Source: TPA_inf: Saccharomyces
Taxonomy: Eukaryota
Reading direction: 5' to 3'
DNA: 64,000 nucleotides
Assembly (NCBI GenBank): GCA_000146045.2
Contig: BK006949.2
Span: 160,001-224,000, forward strand
Part shown: one piece after another, positions 11,484 to 23,596 of the stretch
Layout: each line of letters begins with the position of its first letter
How positions within the stretch are numbered: the first letter of the stretch is position 1
Notes under the pieces: generated by a model
What the model was told of the DNA's origin: nothing
The model's database searches: none
Seen by the model: the letters and a program-made list of their open reading frames with translations, nothing else
Position numbers and translations under genes: made by a program

Positions 11484-11954
11484 ATGATGGATGGTTCCAT
11501 AACAAGGAAGGTAACATCAACGTTGTCCAACCAATTGGCGACCTGGAAATGGAAACTGCAGTTATCGTTATTGGAAAGAAAATTAGCGACAATAAACAAT
11601 GATTATTTTCTCCTGCAATGGGAACTCCTTTTTATAACTAATGAAGTGATGAAATGGAAAGAAATGATTGCCTTTTTGGAAAGCCAGTTATTTTGCACAA
11701 CGCAAAATTTCGTGGCACAAGAGACACATGACAGGGAAACCTTTCAAAGCCTGGTAGATGATTATAACAAACAGTTGAGCGAAAATAACCTGATTATTTC
11801 TGTATTGAAAAGTAGACCACAGCTATCATCATTTCCTATATATTTGAGCGATGAGGTGTGTTCACACCTTAAATTCGTCATCGCGGAACTAAATTCATTG
11901 ATAATAGTTTTTTTTATTTCTTTAGTATTTTTGTGGGTATCGATAGAAGTTTAA
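11484..11954 (+). CDS. CSM4: Tail-anchored meiotic chromosome-segregation / telomere-led movement protein
   Basis: 156 aa. C-terminal hydrophobic anchor ([17 protein letters not shown]). Position between YIG1 and YPL199C. Confidence 0.7.
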
Positions 11955-12032
11955 ACTTTCAATAAGTGGCTAATGATTTCGCATTTATTACTATAAAAAA
12001 AATACAGTCTTAGGATTATTCTCTATTTATCC

Positions 12033-12755
12033 TCACGCCAAACTTTGTATACAATTACAAAAGATTTTGAATATACTAGTCAAAGTACTATCTTTGTTGT
12101 CATTGCCACTGTTATTATAATTCTGAGCTTGACCTTGAGGCTGTCCTCCATTGTTGTTATATTGAGGATGTGGTTGTGCATTGTACTGATTAGTGGGGGC
12201 ATTCACTGCGGGGCCATCCATCTGCATTTGCACACCTTGCAACTCAAGCACCAAGACTCCTGAATTTCCTTTTTCCAAATGGTTTCTGATACCATGCTTA
12301 GCACAGAACTCCTCAATTGACGGTTTGAGTTTCGCTATACCGTTTTGAGAATGCAACCCTTTTCCAACAATAACGTTCAGTTGTGGTTCATTATGATCAA
12401 TAGCGAATTTGATTCTTTTTTGGAGAATAAATAGGGCCTCTTTTACGTATAATCCATGTAAGTCAATTTCATTACTGGAAGAATCAGCATTGTTCTCTAC
12501 AAACACATATTCTGCCGCTTGCATGTTAAAATCTTCAGCGGTTTTCAGTTGTGCCTTACTTTTCTCGCTTAGTTCATGAGCTAGCTTCTTGTCACCTTGT
12601 TGATAAGCGGTTTGCGATTCATGGCTGAGTTGGTCTCTTTTCTTATACGCTTCATCTGCTAATCTTCTCAATCTTTGATACTCTTCATCAGTGCTATGAT
12701 TGTAGTCCCTTACAGGATTCTGAGTTCCGACTACTACTCCACCTGTTCCTTTCAT
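12033..12755 (-). CDS. Smr-domain protein of unknown function (YPL199C)
   Basis: 240 aa, ATG at 12755. Smr-like segment (IDLHGLYVKEALFILQKRIKFAIDHNEPQLNVIVGKGLHSQNGIAKLKP) preceded by a DUF1771-like charged helix. Confidence 0.75.
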   Translation of the reverse strand: MKGTGGVVVGTQNPVRDYNHSTDEEYQRLRRLADEAYKKRDQLSHESQTAYQQGDKKLAHELSEKSKAQLKTAEDFNMQAAEYVFVENNADSSSNEIDLHGLYVKEALFILQKRIKFAIDHNEPQLNVIVGKGLHSQNGIAKLKPSIEEFCAKHGIRNHLEKGNSGVLVLELQGVQMQMDGPAVNAPTNQYNAQPHPQYNNNGGQPQGQAQNYNNSGNDNKDSTLTSIFKIFCNCIQSLA

Positions 12756-13151
12756 AGTTTTAAGTGCGGCGCTTTAGCTTCAAACTGACTCATGGTTGCG
12801 TAAAAACATGGTTGCTTTTTGTCGTTTTCCTCGAAAGGCTTTACCTTTTCATTAAGCCGCTCCATTTTAAAATGTTTTAATAAATCCACTTTTTTCCGGC
12901 GCATAATGGATCCAGAAAGGAACTGGCAACTAAATCCGTACATTTCTGAAATTATTTCAGTTCGCAGATTATTTTCTCAGTTTTACCGTATATTCTTATG
13001 TATTACAGTTGAGGTACCCACACGCGCACTTGAAAAGTATATAAAAGTGAAATATTTCAGAGCTCTTCCTATTGCTTTTTCAATAGAGGCTTAAATCTTC
13101 CTCGTTTGTAGAGTAAGTAGACCCATATTACAAATCTCCATCAACGTCATA

Positions 13152-14702
<1,551 letters not shown>

Positions 14703-15042
14703 CATTATTCCGTGTGGCAATAATCTCAATGTATAATAAATAATATTTCTCTTCATATATATGACCGGACTCGTAATAGAATAATTGACTGGAACAATAG
14801 CGCATATTGCTTTGCTTCTATACGTAGTTGAGTTTTCACTCACGTACAGCTAGAGAATCTCACATAGGAGTATCCCTGTAGTTAGTTCCGCGCGGTTCGA
14901 TCACGGATATACTTTCAACAATGGCAGTATGAAAGCCTGTTATAAAAAAGAAGGAAACAATAAACGAAGTGCTTTTTTGCCTCCTAAATTATTCAATTTG
15001 ACAACTGATTTCCAGCCATTCATTATTCAGTGAGGAGCGACA

Positions 15043-15864
15043 ATGTTTGGAGTCAAGGATGCTATATTCAAGATTAAACGTTCCATTGCAGGCACAGATT
15101 CTTCTGATTCCACTGCTTACACAACGGCAAGTGAATCTTCACCTCAATTAAAAGATTCCCATAACCCCTTTCGAAATAAAACGACATCCGAGAGAACTAT
15201 AGTTGAGGAGGGCTCTCTACCACCGGTGAGATTGAATGGCTACTTGCCCTCAACTAAAAATAAACTTCTTACTCCTGAAATGTGCGATGAAATAAGAACA
15301 TTAATGCCCACGAGGATACAGTTGTACACCGAATGGAACCTTCTATATAGCCTTGAGCAACATGGGTCTTCATTACACTCCCTGTATAGTAACGTTGCTC
15401 CAGATAGCAAGGAATTTAGAAGAGTGGGGTATGTATTAGTAATAAAGGATCGTAAAAACGGAATCTTTGGAGCTTACAGCAACGAAGCTTTTCATCCTAA
15501 CGAACATAGGCAATACACAGGAAACGGGGAATGTTTTCTATGGAAGCTGGATAAAGTACCTGATGTTAATATATCCGAAAAAGAAGAATCTGAGCAAGAA
15601 GGTAAAGAAGGTAAGGAGGAAGGGGATAAAGAGGAGAGATGGAGGTTTTCAGGTTATCCTTACACTGGAGTTAACGAATTTGCTATATACTGTACATCTG
15701 AATTTCTTTCAATGGGTGCAGGTGATGGTCATTATGGTCTTTTATGCGATGACGGCCTACTCCATGGTGTTTCAAACCCTTGTCAAACATATGGCAATGA
15801 AGTTTTGAGTAAGGAGGGCAAAAAATTTTCTATAGTAGCTTTGGAAGTATGGCGTGTAGGATAG
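15043..15864 (+). CDS. OXR1: Oxidation-resistance protein (TLDc domain)
   Basis: 273 aa, ATG at 15043. C-terminal TLDc-like region (GYVLVIKDRKNGIFGAYSNEAF..GNGECFLWK..). Position YPL196W. Confidence 0.75.
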   Translation: MFGVKDAIFKIKRSIAGTDSSDSTAYTTASESSPQLKDSHNPFRNKTTSERTIVEEGSLPPVRLNGYLPSTKNKLLTPEMCDEIRTLMPTRIQLYTEWNLLYSLEQHGSSLHSLYSNVAPDSKEFRRVGYVLVIKDRKNGIFGAYSNEAFHPNEHRQYTGNGECFLWKLDKVPDVNISEKEESEQEGKEGKEEGDKEERWRFSGYPYTGVNEFAIYCTSEFLSMGAGDGHYGLLCDDGLLHGVSNPCQTYGNEVLSKEGKKFSIVALEVWRVG

Positions 15865-16222
15865 TGTCATCTATTTAAATATCATACTATGTATTTATGA
15901 ATGAGAACCTCATGATTGTAAACGAGAAACACTCCTTTAAATAGCCTAAACCGTATCCTCAGTAAGAAAAACTAGAAAATACGGTCCTAATACTTGCATG
16001 TGTTTTATGAGTGACGAAATAAATAGGAAAAGAAAAATATTTTAATACAAACTATCATTTATTGAAATGCTCTTTTTCATTTTCTTCATTAAATCATTGT
16101 ATGCAGGCTGGGAAAAACAACCTTGCAATCTCCCAATGTGAAAAAAAAAAGAAAATGAAGATACGAACATACCTGAAGTGGGAAAGGCAGTTGCCACAAC
16201 CAGAAGAGCATAACATATTGTC

Positions 16223-19021
16223 ATGACCTCTTTATATGCACCTGGGGCGGAGGATATTCGGCAAAGGTTACGTCCTTTTGGGTTTTTCTTTGAGAAATCA
16301 CTAAAGGATTTGATTAAGGGTATTAGGTCTCACAACGAAACACCAGAAAAACTGGATCAATTCTTTAAACAAGTATTAAGTGAATGCCGGGAAGAAGTGA
16401 ACTCTCCAGATCTAAATTCTAAGACCAATGCCGTTCTTAAATTGACCTATTTAGAGATGTACGGTTTTGACATGGCTTGGTGCAACTTTCATATCTTAGA
16501 GGTTATGAGCAGTAATAAACTTCAACAAAAACGTGTGGGGTATTTGGCTGCATCACAATCTTTTTACAAAGATTCTGACATTTTGATGCTTGCAACTAAC
16601 TTGTTGAAAAAAGACTTAAAGTATGACGGAAACAATGATGTTGTTAAAGTTGGCATTGCTTTAAGTGGTCTTTCCACTATAATTACACCCTCATTAGCAA
16701 GAGATATAGCTGATGATTTGTTCACTATGCTAAACAGCACAAGACCGTACATAAGAAAGAAGGCCATTACCGCACTATTTAAAGTTTTTCTGCAATATCC
16801 AGAGGCTTTGAGAGATAATTTTGATAAGTTTGTTTCAAAGCTAGACGATGATGATATATCTGTGGTTTCTGCCGCTGTCAGTGTTATTTGCGAGCTATCA
16901 AAAAAAAACCCCCAACCATTCATCCAGCTTTCACCTTTATTATACGAGATATTAGTTACCATTGACAATAACTGGATAATCATTAGATTATTGAAGTTAT
17001 TCACCAACTTATCACAAGTGGAACCGAAATTGAGAGCCAAGTTATTGCCGAAAATTTTAGAACTGATGGAGAGTACTGTTGCAACTTCTGTGATCTATGA
17101 ATCTGTCAACTGTATTGTCAAGGGGAATATGCTAGAAGAAGATGATTTTGAAACAGCAATGGCATGCCTGGAAAGATTGCACACATTTTGTGATTCTCAG
17201 GATCCAAATTTGAGATATATTAGCTGCATATTGTTTTACAAGATCGGCAAAATCAATACTGATTTTATTTCTCGGTTCGACCAACTGATTATACGCTTAC
17301 TCTCCGATGTCGACGTTTCTATAAGATCAAAAGCAATTGAATTGGTTGAAGGTATTGTTGATGAGGATAACTTAAAGGCAATTGTCCAAACATTGATGAA
17401 GCAATTTGTAGATGAAGATGTGGTTATCCTACAAACTGGAAGCATCGTATACGAAAAATCAAAGAGAATTCCCATAATAATTCCAGAAAATTACAAGATA
17501 AAAATGGTGAACGTCATTATATCGATTTGTTCAGCTGACAACTATTCCAGTGTTAACGACTTTGAATGGTACAATGCAGTAATAATGGACTTGGCGATGC
17601 TCTGTCAAGACATATCTGATAAAAGCCTTGGATCAAAAATTGGTGAACAGTTTAGGAATTTGATGATAAAAGTTCCTTCAATGAGAGAAGTAACCATTGC
17701 TAATATTATAAAGCTTATTTCAAATGACAATATTAACAAACAGTTGCCTACCGTATTGAGAGAATGCATTTGGTGTCTCGGAGAATTTTCTACCCTAGTT
17801 GAAAATGGTAACGACTTAATAAAAATCATGACTGAGAATATCAGTTATTATTCTCATAGTGTACAAGAAGTTTTAATTTTAGCACTTGTTAAAGTATTTA
17901 GTAATTGGTGTAATAACTTTCAGGAGGATAAACGCTTTGAAATTAAAATGGTGTTAAAAGAGCTAATTGAATTTTTTGAAAATTTATCTTATTCGAGTAC
18001 ATTCGAAGTCCAGGAAAGAAGCGTAGAAGTTTTAGAATTTTTAAGACTAAGTTTGGAGGCTTTAGAGGAGGATACGGAAGGTCTACCAATGCTACTGAGC
18101 GAAGTCCTGCCTAGTTTTTTTAACGCCTATGAACTCGCACCAATTGCGCGTGGGACTCAATTGAAGTTAGCAGTAGATGAGAATCTTGATCTAGAAACTC
18201 CATTTTTGACAAAGGAGGCAGCTGATGAACTCTTAGATGAACAAAAAAGTGACGCCATCAGTGATTTAATGTCTGATATCTCAATGGACGAGCAAGTTGA
18301 ACTAAAATTCGTTGATGATTCTGATACTTCGTATGAAGAAAAGGAAAAATTGGATGATTTTGAAAATCCATTTGAGATTGAGAGAGAAAAGGAACGGATG
18401 TCAAATCCTTATTATCTAGGTGAAGAAGACGAAGAAAGAACTAAGAACTCTAAAGATTTGTTGGACTTGAATGAGGAGGAAAGTAGTGATAAAAAGCCAG
18501 AAACTATTAGATTAAATAGAACCGATAATTCGTTGAATTCTCTAAGTTTATCTACAACTGAAATCAGCAGAAAGAAGAAGAAGGGAAAGAAGAAAAATAG
18601 GGTTCAAGTCTTATCCGATGAACCTGTTATCGAAGCCGCTCCCAAAAGGAAAGATGCATTCCAGAAACCCCATGATAATCATTCAACTCAAAATCCTTTG
18701 AAAAAGGACAAGATTAATCTGAGAATGCACTCTCAACTTGAAAATTTTGATTTTTCCAATTTTGGGCAATCGAGTAACGCAGGAAGAGGATCGCAGGAAG
18801 AGGGCAACCTTAGAAAGGAAGACGAGTTAGAATTAAGTCGTTTAGAGGCCAATCTTATTGTAAAAGATGAAAAGGATAATTTAAGTGATACTGAAGAAGT
18901 TATAGTTATAAAAAAGAAGAAGAAAGGGAAAAAGTCAAAGTCAAAAAACAAACTAAAAACGAAAGCAAAAAATTCTCCAGAACCAAATGAATTTCTTCGA
19001 GACCAAAGCACTGACATTTAA
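16223..19021 (+). CDS. APL5: AP-3 adaptor complex delta subunit
   Basis: 932 aa. Adaptin N-terminal HEAT/ARM repeats. Long acidic/lysine-rich C-terminal tail (KKKKGKKKNR.., KKKKKGKKSKSKNKLKTKAK). Confidence 0.85.
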   Translation: MTSLYAPGAEDIRQRLRPFGFFFEKSLKDLIKGIRSHNETPEKLDQFFKQVLSECREEVNSPDLNSKTNAVLKLTYLEMYGFDMAWCNFHILEVMSSNKLQQKRVGYLAASQSFYKDSDILMLATNLLKKDLKYDGNNDVVKVGIALSGLSTIITPSLARDIADDLFTMLNSTRPYIRKKAITALFKVFLQYPEALRDNFDKFVSKLDDDDISVVSAAVSVICELSKKNPQPFIQLSPLLYEILVTIDNNWIIIRLLKLFTNLSQVEPKLRAKLLPKILELMESTVATSVIYESVNCIVKGNMLEEDDFETAMACLERLHTFCDSQDPNLRYISCILFYKIGKINTDFISRFDQLIIRLLSDVDVSIRSKAIELVEGIVDEDNLKAIVQTLMKQFVDEDVVILQTGSIVYEKSKRIPIIIPENYKIKMVNVIISICSADNYSSVNDFEWYNAVIMDLAMLCQDISDKSLGSKIGEQFRNLMIKVPSMREVTIANIIKLISNDNINKQLPTVLRECIWCLGEFSTLVENGNDLIKIMTENISYYSHSVQEVLILALVKVFSNWCNNFQEDKRFEIKMVLKELIEFFENLSYSSTFEVQERSVEVLEFLRLSLEALEEDTEGLPMLLSEVLPSFFNAYELAPIARGTQLKLAVDENLDLETPFLTKEAADELLDEQKSDAISDLMSDISMDEQVELKFVDDSDTSYEEKEKLDDFENPFEIEREKERMSNPYYLGEEDEERTKNSKDLLDLNEEESSDKKPETIRLNRTDNSLNSLSLSTTEISRKKKKGKKKNRVQVLSDEPVIEAAPKRKDAFQKPHDNHSTQNPLKKDKINLRMHSQLENFDFSNFGQSSNAGRGSQEEGNLRKEDELELSRLEANLIVKDEKDNLSDTEEVIVIKKKKKGKKSKSKNKLKTKAKNSPEPNEFLRDQSTDI

Positions 19022-19276
19022 CGATAAAAAAATCGAAGTCGTGAATTCTCAATGACAGCGATTACGTACGTAAACTATAATTAATTTAAGTATTTTATTC
19101 TGCATAGTATATTATTGCGGTGCACTCAATTTGCCGAAAGAGACGGCATATTTAATAATGACGCGAATGAATCAAAGGCCGCCAAAGGTAATCATAGACC
19201 AGAGATGATTTGCAAAATTATTTGACATACTATTGCTAGTGTAACAATAACACAGCATAACTTTGCTTAGACATAT

Positions 19277-21115
19277 ATGTCATTTAAGGCAACTATCACC
19301 GAGTCGGGGAAGCAGAATATCTGGTTTCGTGCGATATATGTGTTATCTACAATTCAGGATGATATCAAGATTACAGTGACAACAAATGAGTTAATTGCTT
19401 GGTCAATGAACGAGACAGATACTACTCTTTGTCAGGTTAGGTTTCAGAAAAGCTTTTTTGAGGAGTATGAGTTTAAACCACATGAGATTGTATTTGGAGA
19501 AAATGGGGTTCAAGTTATAGAAGATACGTACGGCAATAGTCATAAGTTATACTCCTTCCGTGTTAATGGAAGACACCTAACAACTATATCAAGAAAGCCG
19601 GATGGTGATGGCATCAAATCATTCACAATTGCGGTAAACAACACTTCTACCTGTCCTGAATCACTTGCAAATAGATTGATTGTGGTGATTGAAATGGATT
19701 CGTTAATAGTCAAAGAATACTGTCCCCAATTCCAGCCAATAAAATACGATCCCATAATAATCAACCTTAAGTACAAAAGGAGGTTTTTGGATGTTTTTGG
19801 AACTGCTGCCTCCGATCGGAATCCACAGGAGCCCTTGGACCCTAAGCTATTGGACGTTTTTACAAATACAGAGCGTGAGCTAACATCAGCCTTATTTAAC
19901 GAAGAAGTGGAATCAGACATACGTAAAAGGAATCAGTTAACGGCTGCTGATGAGATTAATTACATTTGTTGTAATTCAACTTTATTGAAGAATTTTTTAG
20001 ACAACTGCAATGTTAATGTAACCGATGAAGTAAAATTGGAAATTAACGTACATAGGCTAAGCATAACTGCATTCACCAAGGCCGTCTACGGCAAAAATAA
20101 CGACCTTTTAAGAAATGCGTTAAGCATGAGTAACACTATCAGTACGCTCGATCTTGAGCATTATTGCTTATTTACAACAATCGAAGATGAAAAACAAGAT
20201 AAGCGATCACATAGTAAGCGTAGAGAGCATATGAAAAGTATAATATTCAAATTGAAGGACTTCAAAAACTTCATAACGATAGGTCCATCCTGGAAGACTA
20301 CCCAGGACGGAAATGATAATATAAGTTTATGGTTTTGCCACCCAGGGGACCCTATTCTTATGCAAATGCAAAAACCGGGCGTAAAATTAGAATTGGTTGA
20401 AGTTACTGACAGTAACATTAACGATGATATTTTAGAAGGAAAATTCATAAAAACAGCAATCTCTGGCTCCAAAGAAGAGGCCGGACTGAAAGACAACAAA
20501 GAAAGCTGCGAAAGTCCATTAAAAAGCAAAACTGCTTTAAAGAGAGAAAACCTGCCACACTCTGTGGCTGGAACTCGAAACAGTCCTTTGAAAGTGTCGT
20601 ATCTGACCCCTGATAATGGAAGCACAGTTGCTAAGACCTATAGAAATAACACGGCAAGAAAATTATTCGTGGAAGAACAAAGCCAAAGTACGAATTACGA
20701 ACAAGATAAGCGGTTCCGGCAGGCTAGTTCAGTTCATATGAACATGAATCGGGAACAAAGTTTTGACATTGGTACGACTCATGAAGTGGCCTGTCCACGT
20801 AATGAGAGCAATTCTTTAAAAAGATCCATAGCAGATATTTGTAATGAAACTGAAGACCCCACCCAACAATCTACATTTGCAAAAAGGGCAGACACCACTG
20901 TGACATGGGGAAAAGCGTTACCAGCTGCAGATGATGAGGTTTCATGCAGCAATATCGATAGAAAAGGAATGCTCAAGAAAGAAAAATTGAAGCATATGCA
21001 AGGTCTGTTGAATTCCCAGAATGACACAAGTAATCACAAGAAACAGGACAATAAAGAGATGGAAGATGGGCTGGGTCTAACACAAGTAGAAAAGCCAAGG
21101 GGTATATTTGACTAA
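19277..21115 (+). CDS. DDC1: DNA damage checkpoint 9-1-1 clamp subunit
   Basis: 612 aa, ATG at 19277. Position YPL194W. Matches the Ddc1 N-terminus (MSFKATITESGKQNIWFRAIYVLSTIQDDIKITVT). Confidence 0.8.
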   Translation: MSFKATITESGKQNIWFRAIYVLSTIQDDIKITVTTNELIAWSMNETDTTLCQVRFQKSFFEEYEFKPHEIVFGENGVQVIEDTYGNSHKLYSFRVNGRHLTTISRKPDGDGIKSFTIAVNNTSTCPESLANRLIVVIEMDSLIVKEYCPQFQPIKYDPIIINLKYKRRFLDVFGTAASDRNPQEPLDPKLLDVFTNTERELTSALFNEEVESDIRKRNQLTAADEINYICCNSTLLKNFLDNCNVNVTDEVKLEINVHRLSITAFTKAVYGKNNDLLRNALSMSNTISTLDLEHYCLFTTIEDEKQDKRSHSKRREHMKSIIFKLKDFKNFITIGPSWKTTQDGNDNISLWFCHPGDPILMQMQKPGVKLELVEVTDSNINDDILEGKFIKTAISGSKEEAGLKDNKESCESPLKSKTALKRENLPHSVAGTRNSPLKVSYLTPDNGSTVAKTYRNNTARKLFVEEQSQSTNYEQDKRFRQASSVHMNMNREQSFDIGTTHEVACPRNESNSLKRSIADICNETEDPTQQSTFAKRADTTVTWGKALPAADDEVSCSNIDRKGMLKKEKLKHMQGLLNSQNDTSNHKKQDNKEMEDGLGLTQVEKPRGIFD

Positions 21116-21402
21116 AACCATAATGCAAAATCAGTATAAAGGCGTGTAAATATTAGATGAAGTAGCAATTATCATGATAATATCGATCGCTGTTTTTTTT
21201 TTTTTTTCTGTCTCAATTTGGTGAGCGTGCGGCTGATGGTCCATCACGGTCGGGGAACAAACTAAAATTTTCAATAGCATAATATCTCTATATTGCATAG
21301 CTTTTTACTTAATAGGAACTTAAAAATTTCATTGATGCTATTATATTTAACTCATAAGTCAATCTCTTTTTCCATTTTGATTAGCTTATTGCGACATGGA
21401 CT

Positions 21403-22548
21403 ATGAATTATAATAACTTTGAAAATTCGAAGGGTGATGGACATTCTAGGCTTCCCAAACCTACATACTCCGGAACGCTATCAGATGGCTATGATGAATC
21501 GAAAATTAAAAGGCAAAAAACAGACTCTGCTTTTAATGCAGCTTACTCACCTCATATGTATCCGAACTCTCCGTATTATGAAGGTTCATGGAATACCGGT
21601 TATACTCCTCAACTTCATCATGTAGCCCCTCATAATCAATATTTCCATCCAATACAACCGTCCACTCAGTACAATTATACGAGTCCTCCCAATTATACAG
21701 AAAATTACATACCGCCAGTTCATCAGAATATATCTTATGCACCAGCGCTTAATTTACAGAAGTGGCCATCATCATATTGTGAAAACACTCAAGCCTTAAA
21801 GAATGATAAAGATTACCAAACATCAATTAGTTATGAAGATGTTGCAATACCGACCGTAAAGGAAATACAATTGATTGAGAAAAACAGAGGGAAAGATACG
21901 TTTATGAATGAAATAAGTCCAGTACCATCAAGCAAGGATCAAGCATCTGCGGAGCCTACAGAAATCCCAAGAAAGGATCCCGAGCTGGCAAATTCTAATG
22001 CCGAAGATGATCATAATAACTTAGGGCTAGAAGATGATGATCGTGATGAGCAGTTAGAATCAGAGGGGTTGGGTAAGGTGGTTTTGGTTCCTGGAACCTC
22101 CATAGCATTGATTACTGATGAAGATGTTAAAAAGTGGAGAGAAGAAAGAAAAAAAATGTGGCTACTGAAAATATCCAATAACAAACAGAAACATATGCAA
22201 GAAATGGGCATAAAGGAAGATGAACTGAAGAGCCAACCTAGCATTTTCAAAGAGTCAAGGAAAGAAAAGCAATTTATACAGAGTATTCAAAATCAAGTGC
22301 AGAGAGGAAATCCGAAGATTGACTTGAACTTGAAATTGATACAGCGAGAATTCGCAAACGAAAACTCCCAACTTTTGGACTTTATAAGAGAATTGGGAGA
22401 TGTAGGATTACTTGAATATGAGCTATCTCAACAAGAAAAAGATGTACTTTTTGGGAGCTCTGAAGATAATAATAAAAATCATTACAAACCAAATTACAAA
22501 AACAGGAAACCTAATCTGAGTAGAGCCAACTTTACTAGAAATAAGTAA
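21403..22548 (+). CDS. RSA1: Nucleoplasmic box C/D snoRNP and pre-60S assembly factor
   Basis: 381 aa, ATG at 21403. Position YPL193W between DDC1 and PRM3. Confidence 0.75.
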   Translation: MNYNNFENSKGDGHSRLPKPTYSGTLSDGYDESKIKRQKTDSAFNAAYSPHMYPNSPYYEGSWNTGYTPQLHHVAPHNQYFHPIQPSTQYNYTSPPNYTENYIPPVHQNISYAPALNLQKWPSSYCENTQALKNDKDYQTSISYEDVAIPTVKEIQLIEKNRGKDTFMNEISPVPSSKDQASAEPTEIPRKDPELANSNAEDDHNNLGLEDDDRDEQLESEGLGKVVLVPGTSIALITDEDVKKWREERKKMWLLKISNNKQKHMQEMGIKEDELKSQPSIFKESRKEKQFIQSIQNQVQRGNPKIDLNLKLIQREFANENSQLLDFIRELGDVGLLEYELSQQEKDVLFGSSEDNNKNHYKPNYKNRKPNLSRANFTRNK

Positions 22549-22654
22549 TAGAATAGCAAATATTGATATACATGGAAGAGTACATGCAAAGGTGCGTAAA
22601 AAAAAATAAGTCAGATAAAACTAATTACTGTTTAGAAATCATGAGTATATGAAA

Positions 22655-23056
22655 CTAATTTTGAAGAGCTTTAACTGCTAGGTTACTTAAAACAGTAGTT
22701 ACAGCAGCACCAAGGAACGAACCGAAAATGGCACCTTGGTAAAATGAACCCTTATTCTCTCTCTGTACTTTACTTTCAGAAGCGTCTTTTTTCTTACTTT
22801 TCGTTCGTGATTTTGTGGAAGATGTTGTCGTTTTGTGCTTCCTGACTCTACCAGGCGACACAGCCTTCTTAATGTGTTGTTCATTATTAACTAATGACTT
22901 TTTATTAAGCGGTCCACCGTTTTTGGCTTTATTTATAACGAACCCATCAGCAGAGTTTGAACTTGCATCTGTCAGTTTATGCACTCTAAGTTTTTCTTGG
23001 TCGTTGTTTTTCTTCAGTGTAATCAATGCAGCGTTGTCTTCTTTCATTGCTGTCAT
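22655..23056 (-). CDS. PRM3: Pheromone-regulated nuclear-envelope fusion protein
   Basis: 133 aa, ATG at 23056. Basic region and C-terminal hydrophobic helix (GAIFGSFLGAAVTTVLSNLAV). PRE motifs (TGAAACA) lie upstream. Confidence 0.8.
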   Translation of the reverse strand: MTAMKEDNAALITLKKNNDQEKLRVHKLTDASSNSADGFVINKAKNGGPLNKKSLVNNEQHIKKAVSPGRVRKHKTTTSSTKSRTKSKKKDASESKVQRENKGSFYQGAIFGSFLGAAVTTVLSNLAVKALQN

Positions 23057-23230
23057 TTTTTGGAGAAGTATTTATATATTTATTAGTTATTTAATGTGTT
23101 TATAAATTTATCTTGAGGCTGGTGAAATCTATTCCAAGTATTTTAAATATGTTTGCAAATGCGAGTCTACTACTTTGGTTCCATATGATGTCAGTTTTAC
23201 AACAATTTATACTAGAGATAGCCAATATAC

Positions 23231-23399
23231 TTGTTTCAGTTCTGTTTTGCCGTAATGGAATTATAGCTCCGACAAATGTAATCTTATGCACTGAAATTCA
23301 ATCCATTGTGACAAGAATTATGTATTTTAGTTCTTATTTGATTTATTTCGACGCCTCGCGCGCGCTCTTAGAATCCGGCCCGACAAAGGATCTGAAACA
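23231..23399. promoter_or_regulatory. PRM3: Two pheromone-response elements (PRE, TGAAACA) upstream of PRM3
   Basis: TGTTTCA at 23231-23237 (reverse orientation). TGAAACA at 23393-23399. They lie 175-345 bp upstream of the PRM3 ATG (23056, minus strand). Confidence 0.6.
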
Positions 23400-23596
23400 A
23401 GTATAAATCAAATGGCCAATATAATGTCAAGCCTGTTTTATGTGGCAATGTTTAGACAGAAAATCACGCCTGTAGGGGTCCACATATCTCCAGAATAATT
23501 AGAGAGTCGGTGTCCTTATGAGATCTTCCTTAAAGCGAACAGATTGATTAATCATGTTTTACGCGAGGATATACGATAAAAACAAGTGAACAGCTC

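Noticed and set aside
14875-14905. GGTTCGATC T-loop-like motif (ccgcgcggttcgatcacgg) downstream of RPL7B, checked as a possible second tRNA
   Set aside because: The flanking bases cannot form a T-stem, and there is no acceptor, D or anticodon arm nearby. Not a tRNA.
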